Shown: positions 46,944 through 58,413 of the stretch, one piece after another
How the letters are laid out: every line of letters begins with the position of its first letter
How positions within the stretch are numbered: the first letter of the stretch is position 1
Made by a program: the position numbers and the translations under genes
Notes under the pieces: model-generated
Database searches by the model: none
Seen by the model: only the letters and a program-made list of their open reading frames with translations
What the model was told of the DNA's origin: nothing
NCBI GenBank assembly: GCA_963796365.1
Contig: CAWCLJ010000004.1
Location: forward strand, 1,930,519-1,994,518
Direction: 5' to 3'
Source of the DNA: an uncultured Chloroflexia bacterium
Lineage (GTDB): Bacteria; Chloroflexota; Dehalococcoidia; Dehalococcoidales; RBG-16-60-22
Length of the DNA: 64,000 nucleotides

Positions 46944-48636
46944 CTAATGTTCTATCCATGCGTCAGCGTAGGTAAATCCTTCCGCAAAATTTGGATCATG
47001 CACCTTATTAGATAAAGCGCTAATCACGGGATGGGTTAATAACGGAGTTATCGTACAATATTTATCTACGGTCAGGGAATCAAGCACCCAAGCCTCCTGC
47101 TGTTTTGTGACGTTATCGGTAGCAGTCATCATGTTGTTAATAGCCGCCTCCACGTCATCAGGGTGGATGATAGTATTAGAGTAACCAATCCCGGCTGCTT
47201 TGGATAAGAAGAAACGCCCAATGACGCCAAGCTCGGGATCTCCTACCATATCGCCGATGAATAACCCGTTAGTCCAGCCGCTGCCAAACATCATTTGACC
47301 ATACTTTCCTACATCCAATACCTGCACGGTAGCCTGTATGCCGATGTCAGCTAAGTTACTCTGGATGGCGGTCGCCGTATCCGTAAAATACTTTTTCTGG
47401 CCGGCAATAGATAGTTGTGCTGAATCCATTTCCATAATGGGCTTCGGCAAGTAGTTCTTTGGCTTTATTTGGATCGTAAGGGTAACCCTTTACATTCGGA
47501 CTATTTGTCCAGCATTCTGGACTATTCATGCCATTGGTCACTTCGGCGTAACCGTTGAAAATATATTTCACGATCGAATCACGGTCTATTGCATAGCTGA
47601 TAGCCTGTCTGACCAGGAGATTGGAAAAAGGAGAGCTGGGATTAGCACTGTCACCTGTAATGTTCATGACAGTTCCTTCAACTTGTGGAGCTAAGACGAT
47701 ATTAAATCCACCATTCCCTTGGACCGTCTTTACGTTTGAAGGCAGCAGACCGCCGTAAACATCATCATCGCCTTTTAATAGGGAATCAAGAGCAACCGTG
47801 GGGTCGGCGATAATATCGATTTCAACAGTATCCAGGTAAGGCATCCCTTTTTGCCAGTAGCCATCCCACTTCTGGAATACTTTTTTTACATCACGTTGGA
47901 ATGTGACCAGTTTAAAAGGTCCGGTGCCGCAGGGGTTAGTGCGCGCCCAGTCCAGGCCGTTTTTCTGAAATGCGGTGGGTGAAATCATGGCAGAATCCCA
48001 GCACATCTCGCGTAAAAACGAGTTATCCCAGGTACTAAAACTTACTTTGATGGTACTGGCGTCAATTACTTCTATTGAAGAAACATCGACGAAATCCGGG
48101 GCGGTGTTCGGGGCCTGTTGTTCTTGGTCGAGGTTCCATTTAACGGCTGTGGCATCACATACGGTGCCATCCTGGAAATTAACACCGCTTCTTAGCTTGA
48201 AGGTGACTGTCTTGGCAATGGGGTCTTCGGTGGCTGATTCCGCCAGGAAAGGTACTGGTTGCTGTTGAATAGCATCGTATCGTACCAGTGTTTCGATAAC
48301 AGGTATGCGTTGAAGCATGTCTTCGGGGCTGTACATTTCCCCTACCATAAAAGATGTCATTTCAGCATCAGAAATAATGCGCAGCGTGCCGCCATATTGG
48401 GGTGTAGCTGTTGGTGTAGTGGTAAGTGATGTGGTTGTTGCATTGGCAAGTGAGGTTATTGGTGTAGACGTGGAGAAAGTTGTCGTAGGAGCAGATGGAG
48501 TTGTCGTAGGTGTAGATGAAGTTGTACTTGTTGTCGGAGATGTTGTAGCTGTTTGTGTCGTTTGTGAGCAGCCGCTAAGGGCCATCCCAGCAATAAACAT
48601 CAGGATGAACATAATAATAAGACTTTTCTTAAGCAT
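46944..48636 (-). pseudogene. family-5 solute-binding lipoprotein of the ABC importer, split by a frameshift
   Basis: ORFs 47356..48636 and 46944..47450 overlap in different frames. Together they make one SBP_bac_5-type protein. The lipobox is MALSGC, followed by a Thr/Ser/Pro-rich tether. Confidence 0.7.
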
Positions 48637-48828
48637 TAATTTCCTTTCCTCCTTTATTACTAAGCGGACGCGATAACTTTTCCGTAGACCTTGCTAAGTA
48701 TTTACTATTGAATACAACTAGGTTATTTGGTCAATTTATTAGTCATTTCAAAATTAAATTATCCTATTCCCCAAGTCAATACTTTAAATGGGTGATTGCC
48801 GGGGGTTTGAATATACTGACATCTATTA

Positions 48829-49707
48829 TTATTTTCTCTGTTTCTTTGTTTTTAGTTCGTAAGTCCCGCCGGTAACGACGGAGAAATGGAAAATCGGCCT
48901 GTCGGCGCGGCGGATAATGAGGGGACAGTGGTTCATGCCGGCCGGGGCAAAGAACATCGTGCTGCGGTTAATGATAAACTGCTGGTCTTCCAGCCACATC
49001 TCGACTTCGCCGTTAAGGTTATAAGGGTCGTTGGCATCTCCGCCGAAGAAACCGATAATCTCATCACAGTCATGCTTATGCGCCACCGGGGCATGATTTT
49101 GGGGTTTGCAGTACCAGGATACATTCATCTGGAAAGCGCCGGGAACAACGTTTTTGTCCATCCAGAGGACGCGCCTGGCAAATTTTTTATACTGTTCGAT
49201 AAATTCCGGTTTGAATGCTGGAGCTTTCAGGTCGGTGACGATATATTTACTGTAATCATGCTCCGGTTTCCGGGTCTGTTCTAAATGGTCAAAGTCCCAC
49301 TGGCCGCTGGTAACCACGGAAAAATGGAAAAGTGGTTTATCTAGGCGATGTACTAAAAGCGGGCAATGTTTCAACCCTGCCGGAACAAAGACCATCGCGG
49401 TTTTATCAATGATGAATTTTTGGTCGCCCAGCCACATTTCCACCTCCCCGTGGAGGTTATAAGGGTCATCCGGGTCGTTGCCGAAAAAACCGATGATTTC
49501 ATTCACGTCATGGGTGTGGGACGGCGGGCTTTTTTCATGGGTATTTACATACCAGGAGCAGTTCATCTGGAAAGCCCCCGGCACAACCTTTTCATCTATC
49601 CAGAGAATACGTTTGGCGAAGGTGGCATACTGCTTATTGAATTCCTCGGTGAATGGGGCTTTCAACTCCTGGACGACGTATTTATTATATTTCTTTTCAG
49701 GCATCAT
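48829..49707 (-). CDS. uncharacterised protein made of two tandem cupin-like modules
   Basis: 292 aa with two roughly 140-aa repeats. Each carries KY.KY(V/I)V..LKAP ... VPGAFQMN.SWY ... H.HD..EIIGFFG.D..DPYNL.GEVEMWL.DQ.FII ... F.PAG..HCPL ... RPIFHFSVVT.G. Confidence 0.6.
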   Translation of the reverse strand: MMPEKKYNKYVVQELKAPFTEEFNKQYATFAKRILWIDEKVVPGAFQMNCSWYVNTHEKSPPSHTHDVNEIIGFFGNDPDDPYNLHGEVEMWLGDQKFIIDKTAMVFVPAGLKHCPLLVHRLDKPLFHFSVVTSGQWDFDHLEQTRKPEHDYSKYIVTDLKAPAFKPEFIEQYKKFARRVLWMDKNVVPGAFQMNVSWYCKPQNHAPVAHKHDCDEIIGFFGGDANDPYNLNGEVEMWLEDQQFIINRSTMFFAPAGMNHCPLIIRRADRPIFHFSVVTGGTYELKTKKQRK

Positions 49708-49716
49708 TATTCTCCT

Positions 49717-50142
49717 TTATTTGGTCTGCAGGTAGGTACCCCCGGTGACCACGGAAAAATGAAAAATCGGCCTGTCCGCCCGCCGGATAATAAGCGGGCA
49801 GTGGTTCATGCCAGCGGGGATAAAAATCATAGCGCTTTTAGTTATAAGGAATTTCTCGTCTTCCAGCCAGAATTCTATTTCACCGCCCAGTTCATAAGGG
49901 TTATTCGAATCGTTACTGAAAAAGCCGATAATTTCATCAACATCATGTTTATGTGGCTTTCCCTCATGGGTGGCCGGATTTAAATACCAGGAGCAATTCA
50001 TCTGAAATGCCCCCGGCACTACGTTTTTATCCATCCACAGGATACGTTTGGCGTATTTTTTATACGCTTCGACGAATTCCGGTCGGAAAGCAGGGGTCTT
50101 TAAGTCGGTGACAACATATTTACCGTATTTTGAAACGGGCAT
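49717..50142 (-). CDS. uncharacterised cupin-like module protein (single module)
   Basis: 141 aa with the same module as the previous gene. There are stretches of near-identical DNA (compare 48886-48945 with 49766-49825). Confidence 0.6.
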   Translation of the reverse strand: MPVSKYGKYVVTDLKTPAFRPEFVEAYKKYAKRILWMDKNVVPGAFQMNCSWYLNPATHEGKPHKHDVDEIIGFFSNDSNNPYELGGEIEFWLEDEKFLITKSAMIFIPAGMNHCPLIIRRADRPIFHFSVVTGGTYLQTK

Positions 50143-50175
50143 AATTTTCTCCTTTTATGATATTTTCCGATATCC

Positions 50176-51515
50176 TTAAAGAATACGCATTTTCTCCAGG
50201 TCTTTATTCAATTGCCCGCGAAAATCCGGGTGGGCGATGGCGATAAACTGTTTTGCCCTTTCCCTGATACTTTTGCCGCGCAAATTGGCAATTCCATATT
50301 CGGTCACAATATAATGGACATCACAGCGGGAAGTTGTTACCACCGCGCCCGGATCAAGCCTCGGCACAATTCTGGAATATTTACCCCCGCCGGCTGTAGA
50401 TGGAAAAGCCAGGATGGATTTCCCGCCTTTCGACCTCGCCGCACCTCTGACGAAATCGACCTGCCCGCCGACGCCGCTGAACTGTGTCGGGCCGATAGTA
50501 TCCGAAGCCACCTGGCCCAGAAGGTCAACCTGAAGGCAGGAGTTAATCGATACCACTTTATCATTTTGGCCGATAACATAAGGGTCATTGGTGTAGTTGA
50601 CCGGATGCATCTCGACCGACGGGTTATCGTGAACAAAGTCATATAATTTTCTTGTCCCCATGAGGAAATTGGCCACCAGCTTGCCCGGTTGTGGATGTTT
50701 TTTCGGGCGCCGTTAATGACCCCTTTTTGGACGAGGTCGACGACGCCGTCGGCAAACATTTCCGTATGGATACCGAGGTCTTTTTTCTCTTCCAGGAAGG
50801 GCAATACGGCGTCGGGGATAGCGCCGATACCCAGTTGCAGACAGGCGCCGTCTTCAATCAATTCGGCACAATACCGGCCGATATCCATTTCCGCTGTTAT
50901 TTTAGCCACATATTGCTCTTTTTCCAGGCTGGTAGTTCCGGTTTTTTCGCGTCCGAGTTCCAGCAGCGGCTCATGGTATTCGACAATATAGTCGAGCCTG
51001 GAAACGTGAATAAAGGCATCGCCACGAGTCCTCGGCATTTGCTCATTAATCTGGGCGATAATGATTTTCGAAGCTTCGGCGGCCGGCTTGGTATAATCCA
51101 CCGAAATACCGAAACTGCAATAGCCCTCATCATCCGGCGGGGATAATTGGCACATGGTGACATCAACAGGAAGAGTCCCATCGGTGAATAGACCGCGGGA
51201 ATCTCATGGAAGAAACATGGCGTATATTTTGCCCATCCCTCCATTCACGGCCTCCCGGCTGTTGACGCCGACAAAAAAAGAGTTATGAATAAAATGCCTC
51301 CGCATTTCCCGGCCGCAATATGGTGCCGGGCTCAATGATACCATATGCACAATTTCAACATTTTCATAAGCGTCTTTATTTGCAACCATCGCTTTGACCA
51401 GGTGCTGGGGCTGTCCGTAGGCATGGCCGACGACCACCCGGTTGCCGGATTTTATAGCTTTAACGGCTTCTTCGGCGGTGGTCAGCCTTTTTTTATATTC
51501 TTCTTTCCAGTGCAT
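50176..51515 (-). pseudogene. abfT: 4-hydroxybutyrate CoA-transferase / acetyl-CoA hydrolase family, frameshifted
   Basis: Three overlapping ORF pieces in different frames (51204..51515, 50337..51155, 50176..50676) tile one CoA-transferase. The pieces read MHWKEEYKKRLTTAEEAVKAIKSGNRVVVGH..., then ...SPPDDEGYCSFGISVDYTKPAAEASKIIIAQINEQMPRTRGD..., then ...FSGVGGQVDFVRGA.... Confidence 0.75.
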
Positions 51516-52991
51516 ATAAAATCTCCTCCTCCAATTGTATGGAGAAACTAAATTCGATGCCGCATAGTCTTTTTGCGGCGTTCTTCATCCGTCCGAGATT
51601 GCTTTCCCGGGTAATCATGATTTTCTGAGCTTCCGGCGAACCGGCCCCGTGCAGCGATTCGGTCAGATAACATACCGCGCCTGTTCCCAGAGTGATATTT
51701 TCAATCAGCCTTAGGGCTCGCATGCGGTCTTCCGCTTTCACACCCTTCTACGCCTTTGAGATACTTGCCGACAAATTTACCTATTTGGGGTTTTTCAGGT
51801 CTTTTTCAGAGGGCATAGTCACCAGCGAACCGCCGGCAATTTCCTGCGCCAGCCGGCTGATTTCATATGGAAACCTGGTGACATTTAATTTGGATACATT
51901 AGCCCATAACGTATTGACAAAATACGTCCCGGAAGGTTCTTGATGGCCTTCATGGGCGCAGGCCAGACTGCAGCACATCATGGTCTCATTAAGATGGATC
52001 ATTTCCGTAATTTTATTGCGGACATGGGAAGCCTTGGCGATACCCTGGTATTCGGCTACCAGCTGGCTGGCGCCGATTAAGACATCGCCGATGCCGGACT
52101 TGCAGGCGTAGCTCTGGCGATGATAAGCGGCAAACTTTTCCACAAAATCCGCCGCGAATTCATATTCCTTGTACATGAATATCCGTTCCCAGGGGACAAA
52201 CACATCGTCGAAAATGACCATGCATTCCTGGCCGCTATAAAGAACATTGCCGGTGTCTATATCGCCGCCTTCGGATTTTCTCGTATCACAGGACTGCCGG
52301 CCGTAGATGTAAATGATTCCCTTCGTATCGCTCGGTAAGGCAAATGAAATAGCGTAGTCCTTATCTTCTTCCCGCATCGCCCGGGTCGGCATGCAAATAA
52401 TCTCATGGGAATTTGCCGCTCCCGTCTGGTGCAGCTTGTTGCCGCGGACGATAATGCCGTCTTTTCTTTCTTTTACGACATGGAGGTACTGGTCCGGGTC
52501 GGCCTGTTCGGCCGGGCGGAGGCTTCTATCGCCTTTAGCGTCCGTCATCGCGCCGCAGCAGGTCAGGTCTTCATCCTGCACATACCATAAATAATTTAAA
52601 AAACGCTGGTAATATCCCGTTTTGTATTTCTTATCGATATTATAAGTTATGATGGATAGGGCGTTTAGCGCATCCATGCCGACACAACGCTGGAAACACG
52701 AGCCGGTATAAGCTCCCAAGCCCCCGCTCCATTTTTGATTTAGCGACCAGGTCGGCGGTATTGCGATGGATATGGCAGAACCGGTTTATCTTTTTACCGG
52801 TCAGGTGGGATTTAACCGTCATGATTTCGCGGTATTCCGGGTCTTCCGCCATTTCATAAGTCGCGGCCACGCATTCTACTGAAGGCCGGATGATGGGGTG
52901 GTCGACGAAATTATCTGACCTTCTCGCCTAAAAGATAAATTTCAAGATTAAGCTTGTGGAGGCTGTCGATATATTCTTGTTTTGTTTTCAT
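51493..52991 (-). pseudogene. abfD: 4-hydroxybutyryl-CoA dehydratase / vinylacetyl-CoA delta-isomerase, multiple frameshifts
   Basis: The N-terminus MKTKQEYIDSLHKLNLEIYLLGEKV (ATG 52991) stops after 26 codons. The protein continues in other frames as ORFs 52640..52870, 51781..52719 and 51493..51741 (...SLHGAGSPEAQKIMI...). At least 3 frame changes. Confidence 0.7.
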
Positions 52992-53058
52992 TTTAATGTT
53001 TCCTCCCGCCGCCGGATGGAAATATATCTACCAGGCTTTTTGCCAGATGCCGCGTACA

Positions 53059-54200
53059 TCATCCAAGTGTCAGGTTTTTGAGATTATTGGCCAGCAGTCT
53101 GGTGACGTCCATCGTCGCTACCGCCATCCCTTCCAGCGCTTCTTTGGGGATATTCAGGTCCCGCAGACGGCCGGGGATGCCGATATCTTTGATGAGTTTT
53201 TTCACGGCGTTTATTCCTGCGTTAGCCGCCTCGATCGGTGTTAGATTTTTTACCTGTTCCCCCAGGACTTCAGCTATAAAAGCATACCTGGTAGGATTGG
53301 CCGTTAAATTGCATTCCATGACATAAGGAAGGAGAAGTCCGTTTGCCATGCCGTGGCTCACGTGGAAGCGCGCCCCGAGGGGGTAAGCAAGGGCGTGCAC
53401 CGCCGCAACACCGGAGTTGCCGAAGGCGATTCCTGCTAACATCGCTCCTTCAGACATGGCATTCCGGGCTTTTTTATCCGAACCATCGCTTAACAACAGC
53501 TTTCAGGTTTCCGGATATCAGTTGCATGGCTTTTATGGCGATAGCGTCCGTAAAACTGCTGGCTTTAAGGGAAGTGTAGCACTCAATCGTGTGTACCAAT
53601 GCATCAATGCCGGAGGCGGCCGTAACACCGCGCGGGCAACCGTAGGTGAGAACCGGGTCTACCAGCGCCACCCTGGCGAACAAATAATTGCTTATCATGC
53701 CTACCTTGAGTTCTTTTTCGGTATCGCTGAAGATGGCGATATTGGTTGTCTCGCTCCCGGTGCCCGGCCGTTGTCGGTATTGCAATAACAGGAATGCCTG
53801 GTCCTGGAATTTTATCGGTGCCGATATAGTTTTGCCCTTCGCCGCCATGGGCTAGTAATACCGATAGGCCTTTAGCCGTATCGATGCTTGAGCCTCCCCC
53901 CAGCCCCACAATAATTTCGTAGTTGCCATTTCTCAATGCTCGGGCGGCTTTATTCAGGCCGGTTATCGAAGGTTCCGGTTCCGCTTCGGAGAAAATATCT
54001 ACGCCGTCATTTTTGATAGCTGTTCCTTGACTGGCTGTGCCATACCGGATTTGAAAATACCCGGGTCGGTCACGATGAGTGCTTTTTTAGCTCTCATTTT
54101 CTCTACTTCGCCTGCCAAGGGTGCTCAGGACACCTTCTCCGAAACGGATTATCTGCGGCAGACTGATTTGACAGGAGACAGCTTTATTCGGCGCTGTCAT
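53059..54200 (-). pseudogene. iron-containing alcohol dehydrogenase (4-hydroxybutyrate dehydrogenase-like), multiple frameshifts
   Basis: ATG 54200 (MTAPNKAVSCQISLPQIIRFGEGVLSTLG) then pieces 53604..53936 (GLGGGSSIDTAKG), 53474..53848 (IPTTAG.. / GIDALVHTIE) and 53059..53496 (AVHALAYPLGARFHVSHGMANG) lie in different frames. Confidence 0.7.
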
Positions 54201-54239
54201 GTTTTGCCTCCTTGCTTACCATTTATTCAGGTAGGGTAG

Positions 54240-55540
54240 TTAAGGATAAATGCCCCTCAATTGAAGGGCTGAATCAAGCCGTTTCACCGCCAGCATATAG
54301 GCGGCGTCCCTCATATTTACTTTTTGTTGCAAGCTCAGATTCATGACCTCGTTAAAGGCATTGGTCATGACTATTTCCAGTTGCTGGTTAACCTGCTGTT
54401 CGCTCCAGAAGAAAGACTGCAGCCCCTGCACCCATTCGAAGTAAGAGACAACTACGCCCTCCGGAGTTTGCCAGGATATCGGGTATGACAAAAACACCCT
54501 TTATCATTCAGGATGGCATCCCCTTCAGGTGTTGTCGGCGCATTGGCGCCTTCGATAATCATTTTTGCCTGTATGCTGTCGGCATTATCGGCGCGGATGG
54601 TGTTCTCCAAAGCGGCCGGCAGCAGAATATCACATTTCATACTCAAGAGTTCGCTATTGGTAATAGAATCGCAGCCGGGGAAATTAATGACCGAGCCGGT
54701 TTCCCTGGTATGTTTAAGAAGTTTGTCAATATCTAGTCCTTTGGAATTATATACGCCGCCCATGACATCGCTGACGGCGATAATTTTACACCTTTTCTCC
54801 GCCAGGATTTTTGCCGCGTTGCCGCCTACATTACCAAAACCCTGCACTGCTACCGTCGCGTTTTCGATGTTAATACCCGAATGTTTTGCCGCCAGCAGGG
54901 TACATATCATGCAGCCCCGCCCAGTTGCTTCAAAACGGCCGAGGCTTCCGCCTACTTCAACGGGCTTGCCGGTGACTACCCCCAGCACTGAATAGCCTTT
55001 GTTCATACTGTAAGTGTCCATTATCCAGGCCATGATGCGTGGGTTGGTGCCGACATCCGGCGCCGGTATATCTTTTTCCGGGCCTATCAGGCTGGATATT
55101 TCACTAGCGTAGCGGCGGGTCATTCTTTCGAGTTCATTATCTGAAAGCGTTTTAGGGTCACATAAGACGGCTCCCTTGGCTCCGCCATAGGGTATGTTAA
55201 CGACGGCGGCTTTCAGGGTCATTAAGCCCGCTAGAGTCCTAACTTCATCCAGGTTTACGTCTGGGTGAAAACGTATCCCGCCTTTGAACGGACCTCTCGT
55301 ATCGTTGTGCTGTACCCGGTAACCGGTAAATATTTTTATGGAGCCATTATCCATCTTTACAGGAAAATGGACGGTGGATTCCCGCTTGCATTCCTTTAGC
55401 ATCAATACACATGCCTGGCATACGGGAAGATGATTGCATGTAGCATCTATTCGTTCCTGGAAAATTTTGAATTGATTAGTTGAAACTTCTTTAGTCTGTA
55501 TCATGGCGACCCCTGCATTATTGTGAATAATTTGATTCAC
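54240..55540 (-). pseudogene. gdh: Glu/Leu/Phe/Val-family glutamate dehydrogenase with two single-base insertions near the 3' end
   Basis: ORF 54452..55540 carries KGGIRFHP, GGAKG and the Rossmann motif GFGNVG. ORF 54240..54497 carries [13 protein letters not shown]. The conserved [16 protein letters not shown] link between them can only be read in the third frame. Confidence 0.75.
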
Positions 55541-55713
55541 ACGAATTTAAGATACAATTACCAAAAACGTAGTATTTACCATCTTGAAATTTCGCTTTCG
55601 TATATATAAAATATGTGTGCTCCTCCCCGGATTAATCAATAGTTAAAATGGGGTATTCAAAAGGTCACAAAAACCCTTTAAAGTGTGTAGTATAATATTA
55701 GGGATAATATATC

Positions 55714-56843
55714 ATGTACAATTTAAGCAGAAATGATCTTGAAGAAATTTTAAAATTTGTCAATTTCTGCATGACCAATATCAAAACGGGTAATGTGGAT
55801 CCTAAAGACCTGTTGACAGAGATGCTTGGAATATTCCGTTCCTATGATGCGGAGTTTTTCCCTTCTAACCAGAGTCTAAACGGCGTGGATTTGTCGAAAT
55901 CTTTCAGCATCAAAGAAGGCAGGGCGGATCTGGTAAAATATGTTAATCACTACTGGCGTTATGATCCTCTTTATTCAGCTCAATTTAACCTGCAACCAGT
56001 CAACCGTGTCTTTAAAACTGACGATGTAATTTCATATTCACAGATTAAAAAACTAGATTATTACCGGGAGTATCTCCAGCATATTAACTGGTTTGGCGAA
56101 TTGGTCATTCGCCTGTGTAATGATGAATGGATTCTGGGGAACGATGTCCATCTCCCGGTCGCCGAAACAACCATACTTCGATCATAGCCGATGTCCAGAA
56201 AGCCGAATTCTTGTTGCCTTATCTGATCAATACCTTCGAAGCTACCATGTTTTTTTCCAAAATCAACGGGGAGCGTAAGGCATTTGAACAATGGTTGGAA
56301 TCAAGACCGGAAGGGGTAATTCTGTTAGATAATAAATTACGCCCGGTATATTACAATAACAAGGCCAAACGAATGTGTCGCCCCTTGTCTGATATAAAGC
56401 CAGAATCATTAATTAAATATCAAGACGCGGATATTACACTACCTAAATCAATCACCGAAGATTGTAAGAAGATTGCCGATTCTCATGATAGCAGCCATTC
56501 CTTTCCCAGTAACCGGATTATTAATACAAAAACTGGAGATAAGTATTACATAAGATACACCTTAATTAATCAACTCTGTCAGGAAATATTCTTGCCTTAT
56601 TTCATTATTCATATGAATGATTTAACCAAAAACGAAGATGAACCGGGGGTAGTTTTATTAAAGGATTATGGGTTGAGCGAGCAGGAAGAAAAAATAGCCC
56701 AATATACGGGGTCAGGACTTACAAATAAAGAAATTGGTAAAAAGCTCGGTATCAGCCAATTTACGGTCCAAAGTCATCTCAGAAATATCTTCGAGAAAAC
56801 AGGCATTAAAAGACGTTCTCAACTCGCAAACTTAATTAAATAA
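55714..56843 (+). pseudogene. LuxR-family (HTH, GerE-type) transcriptional regulator, frameshifted
   Basis: ORFs 55714..56187 and 56127..56843 overlap in different frames. The C-terminus is LSEQEEKIAQYTGSGLTNKEIGKKLGISQFTVQSHLRNIFEKTGIKRRSQL. Confidence 0.65.
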
Positions 56844-57181
56844 TTATATCCTCGATAATGATTAACACTGATTTTTCCGGTCATTTCCCTCGTTAATCCT
56901 CCAATTCAACTATTGATTTTTTTAATGGCTGGGCATTTTAATTTAAGGGAGGGGTAATTCAATTAACGCTTGATGTTCAAGGAGGGACTTATCACGAATA
57001 CTCATAAATTTACGATTCTGCCATTGAGCAGTCAAAAAAATATCTGGAATTTATCGCTAAAGATGAGCTTACCGATAAAGAAAAAGATTGGGTTGTCAGT
57101 GAATCGGTAAAAGGATTCACCGAAAACGTTAATCCGGGTTTTCTTAAATACCGGAAATCGGTTTCTTCGGATTATACGGCT

Positions 57182-58402
57182 GTGGAATGGACGGATTCCG
57201 GGGCCAGTTTTACTGATGTATACGGAAAAGCTTATATTGATTGTCTTGGCGGCTATGGTATTTTTAATGTCGGTCACCGTCATCCTAAAGTGGTAGAAGC
57301 AGTGACGAACCAGTTGAAACGCCAGGCACTGCATAGCCAGGAACTTTTGGACCCGTTGCGGGCGATGTTGGCCAGATTGTTGGCGATGATTACTCCCGGA
57401 GATTTGCAATATTGTTTTTTCACCAATAGCGGTACGGAATCGGTGGAAGGGGCGTTGAAGCTGGCGCGTCTGCACACGAAACGCTCCGGGATAATTTCCA
57501 CCATCGGCGCATTCCATGGAAAGTCCCTGGGATCCTTGAGCGCCACATCTAAGTCGATTTTCCGCGAACCTTTCCTGCCGCTGGTGCCCGGTTTCCGGCA
57601 TGTTCCTTATGGCGATGCTAGAGTCCTGGAAGCAGAAATAGCTAGTGCCAAATATACGGGTGAAGATATCGGCGCGGTAATTCTAGAACCGATCCAGGGA
57701 GAAGGCGGAGTAATTATTCCTCCAGATGATTATTTCCCGAAAGTCAGGGAAATATGCGACCGTTACGGTGTTCTCCTCATCGTCGATGAAGTACAGACCG
57801 GACTGGGACGGACCGGAAAAATGTTCGGTATTGATCATTATGGCGTAAAACCGGATATTATGTGCCTGGCCAAGCCGCTCGGGGGAGGGGTGATGCCTAT
57901 TGGCGCTTTTATCTCTACCGAAGAAATCTGGCAGGAAATGATGCCGAATCCATTCATACATACTACTACTTTCGGGGGTAACCCGATTGCCTGTGCCGCG
58001 GCTATTGCTGCAATTAATGTGACCATGGAAGAGAAGCTGCCGGAACAAGCCGCCGAAAAAGGCGCTTATTTTATCCCGAAACTTACCGACCTGATGGGTA
58101 AATATAAAAATATTTGCCAGGAAGCGCGCGGACGCGGTTTAATGATTGGCATGGAATTCACTTCTAACGAAGCCGGTTACGAGGTAGCAAAGGGCCTGTT
58201 TGAAAACGGAATTTTGGTTGCCGGTACGCTTATAAACTCAAAGACGATACGTATTGAGCCGCCACTAGTAATTTCCAAAGCTGAACTGGATAAGGTATTG
58301 GAAGTATTAAATAAAGTCTTCGCCGATGTATCGAAGAAATTCAGCGTTAAACCGAACCATTCAAATAAGCCGAACCACTCAAAAAGGGTAGAGGTACACT
58401 AG
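57182..58402 (+). CDS. patA: putrescine aminotransferase (class-III PLP aminotransferase, YgjG/PatA type)
   Basis: It closely follows E. coli YgjG motifs: VEW..., IDCLGGYGIFNVGHRHPKVV, LHSQELLDPLRAMLA, NSGTESVEGALKLA, FHGKSLGSLSAT, ILEPIQGEGGVI, DEVQTGLGRTGKMF, HTTTFGGNP, TIRIEPPL. The conserved upstream segment FTENVNPGFLKYRKS is encoded in frame back to 57008, but no ATG/GTG/TTG lies before GTG 57182. Confidence 0.88.
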   Translation: MEWTDSGASFTDVYGKAYIDCLGGYGIFNVGHRHPKVVEAVTNQLKRQALHSQELLDPLRAMLARLLAMITPGDLQYCFFTNSGTESVEGALKLARLHTKRSGIISTIGAFHGKSLGSLSATSKSIFREPFLPLVPGFRHVPYGDARVLEAEIASAKYTGEDIGAVILEPIQGEGGVIIPPDDYFPKVREICDRYGVLLIVDEVQTGLGRTGKMFGIDHYGVKPDIMCLAKPLGGGVMPIGAFISTEEIWQEMMPNPFIHTTTFGGNPIACAAAIAAINVTMEEKLPEQAAEKGAYFIPKLTDLMGKYKNICQEARGRGLMIGMEFTSNEAGYEVAKGLFENGILVAGTLINSKTIRIEPPLVISKAELDKVLEVLNKVFADVSKKFSVKPNHSNKPNHSKRVEVH

Positions 58403-58413
58403 TTGAAGTCTGA

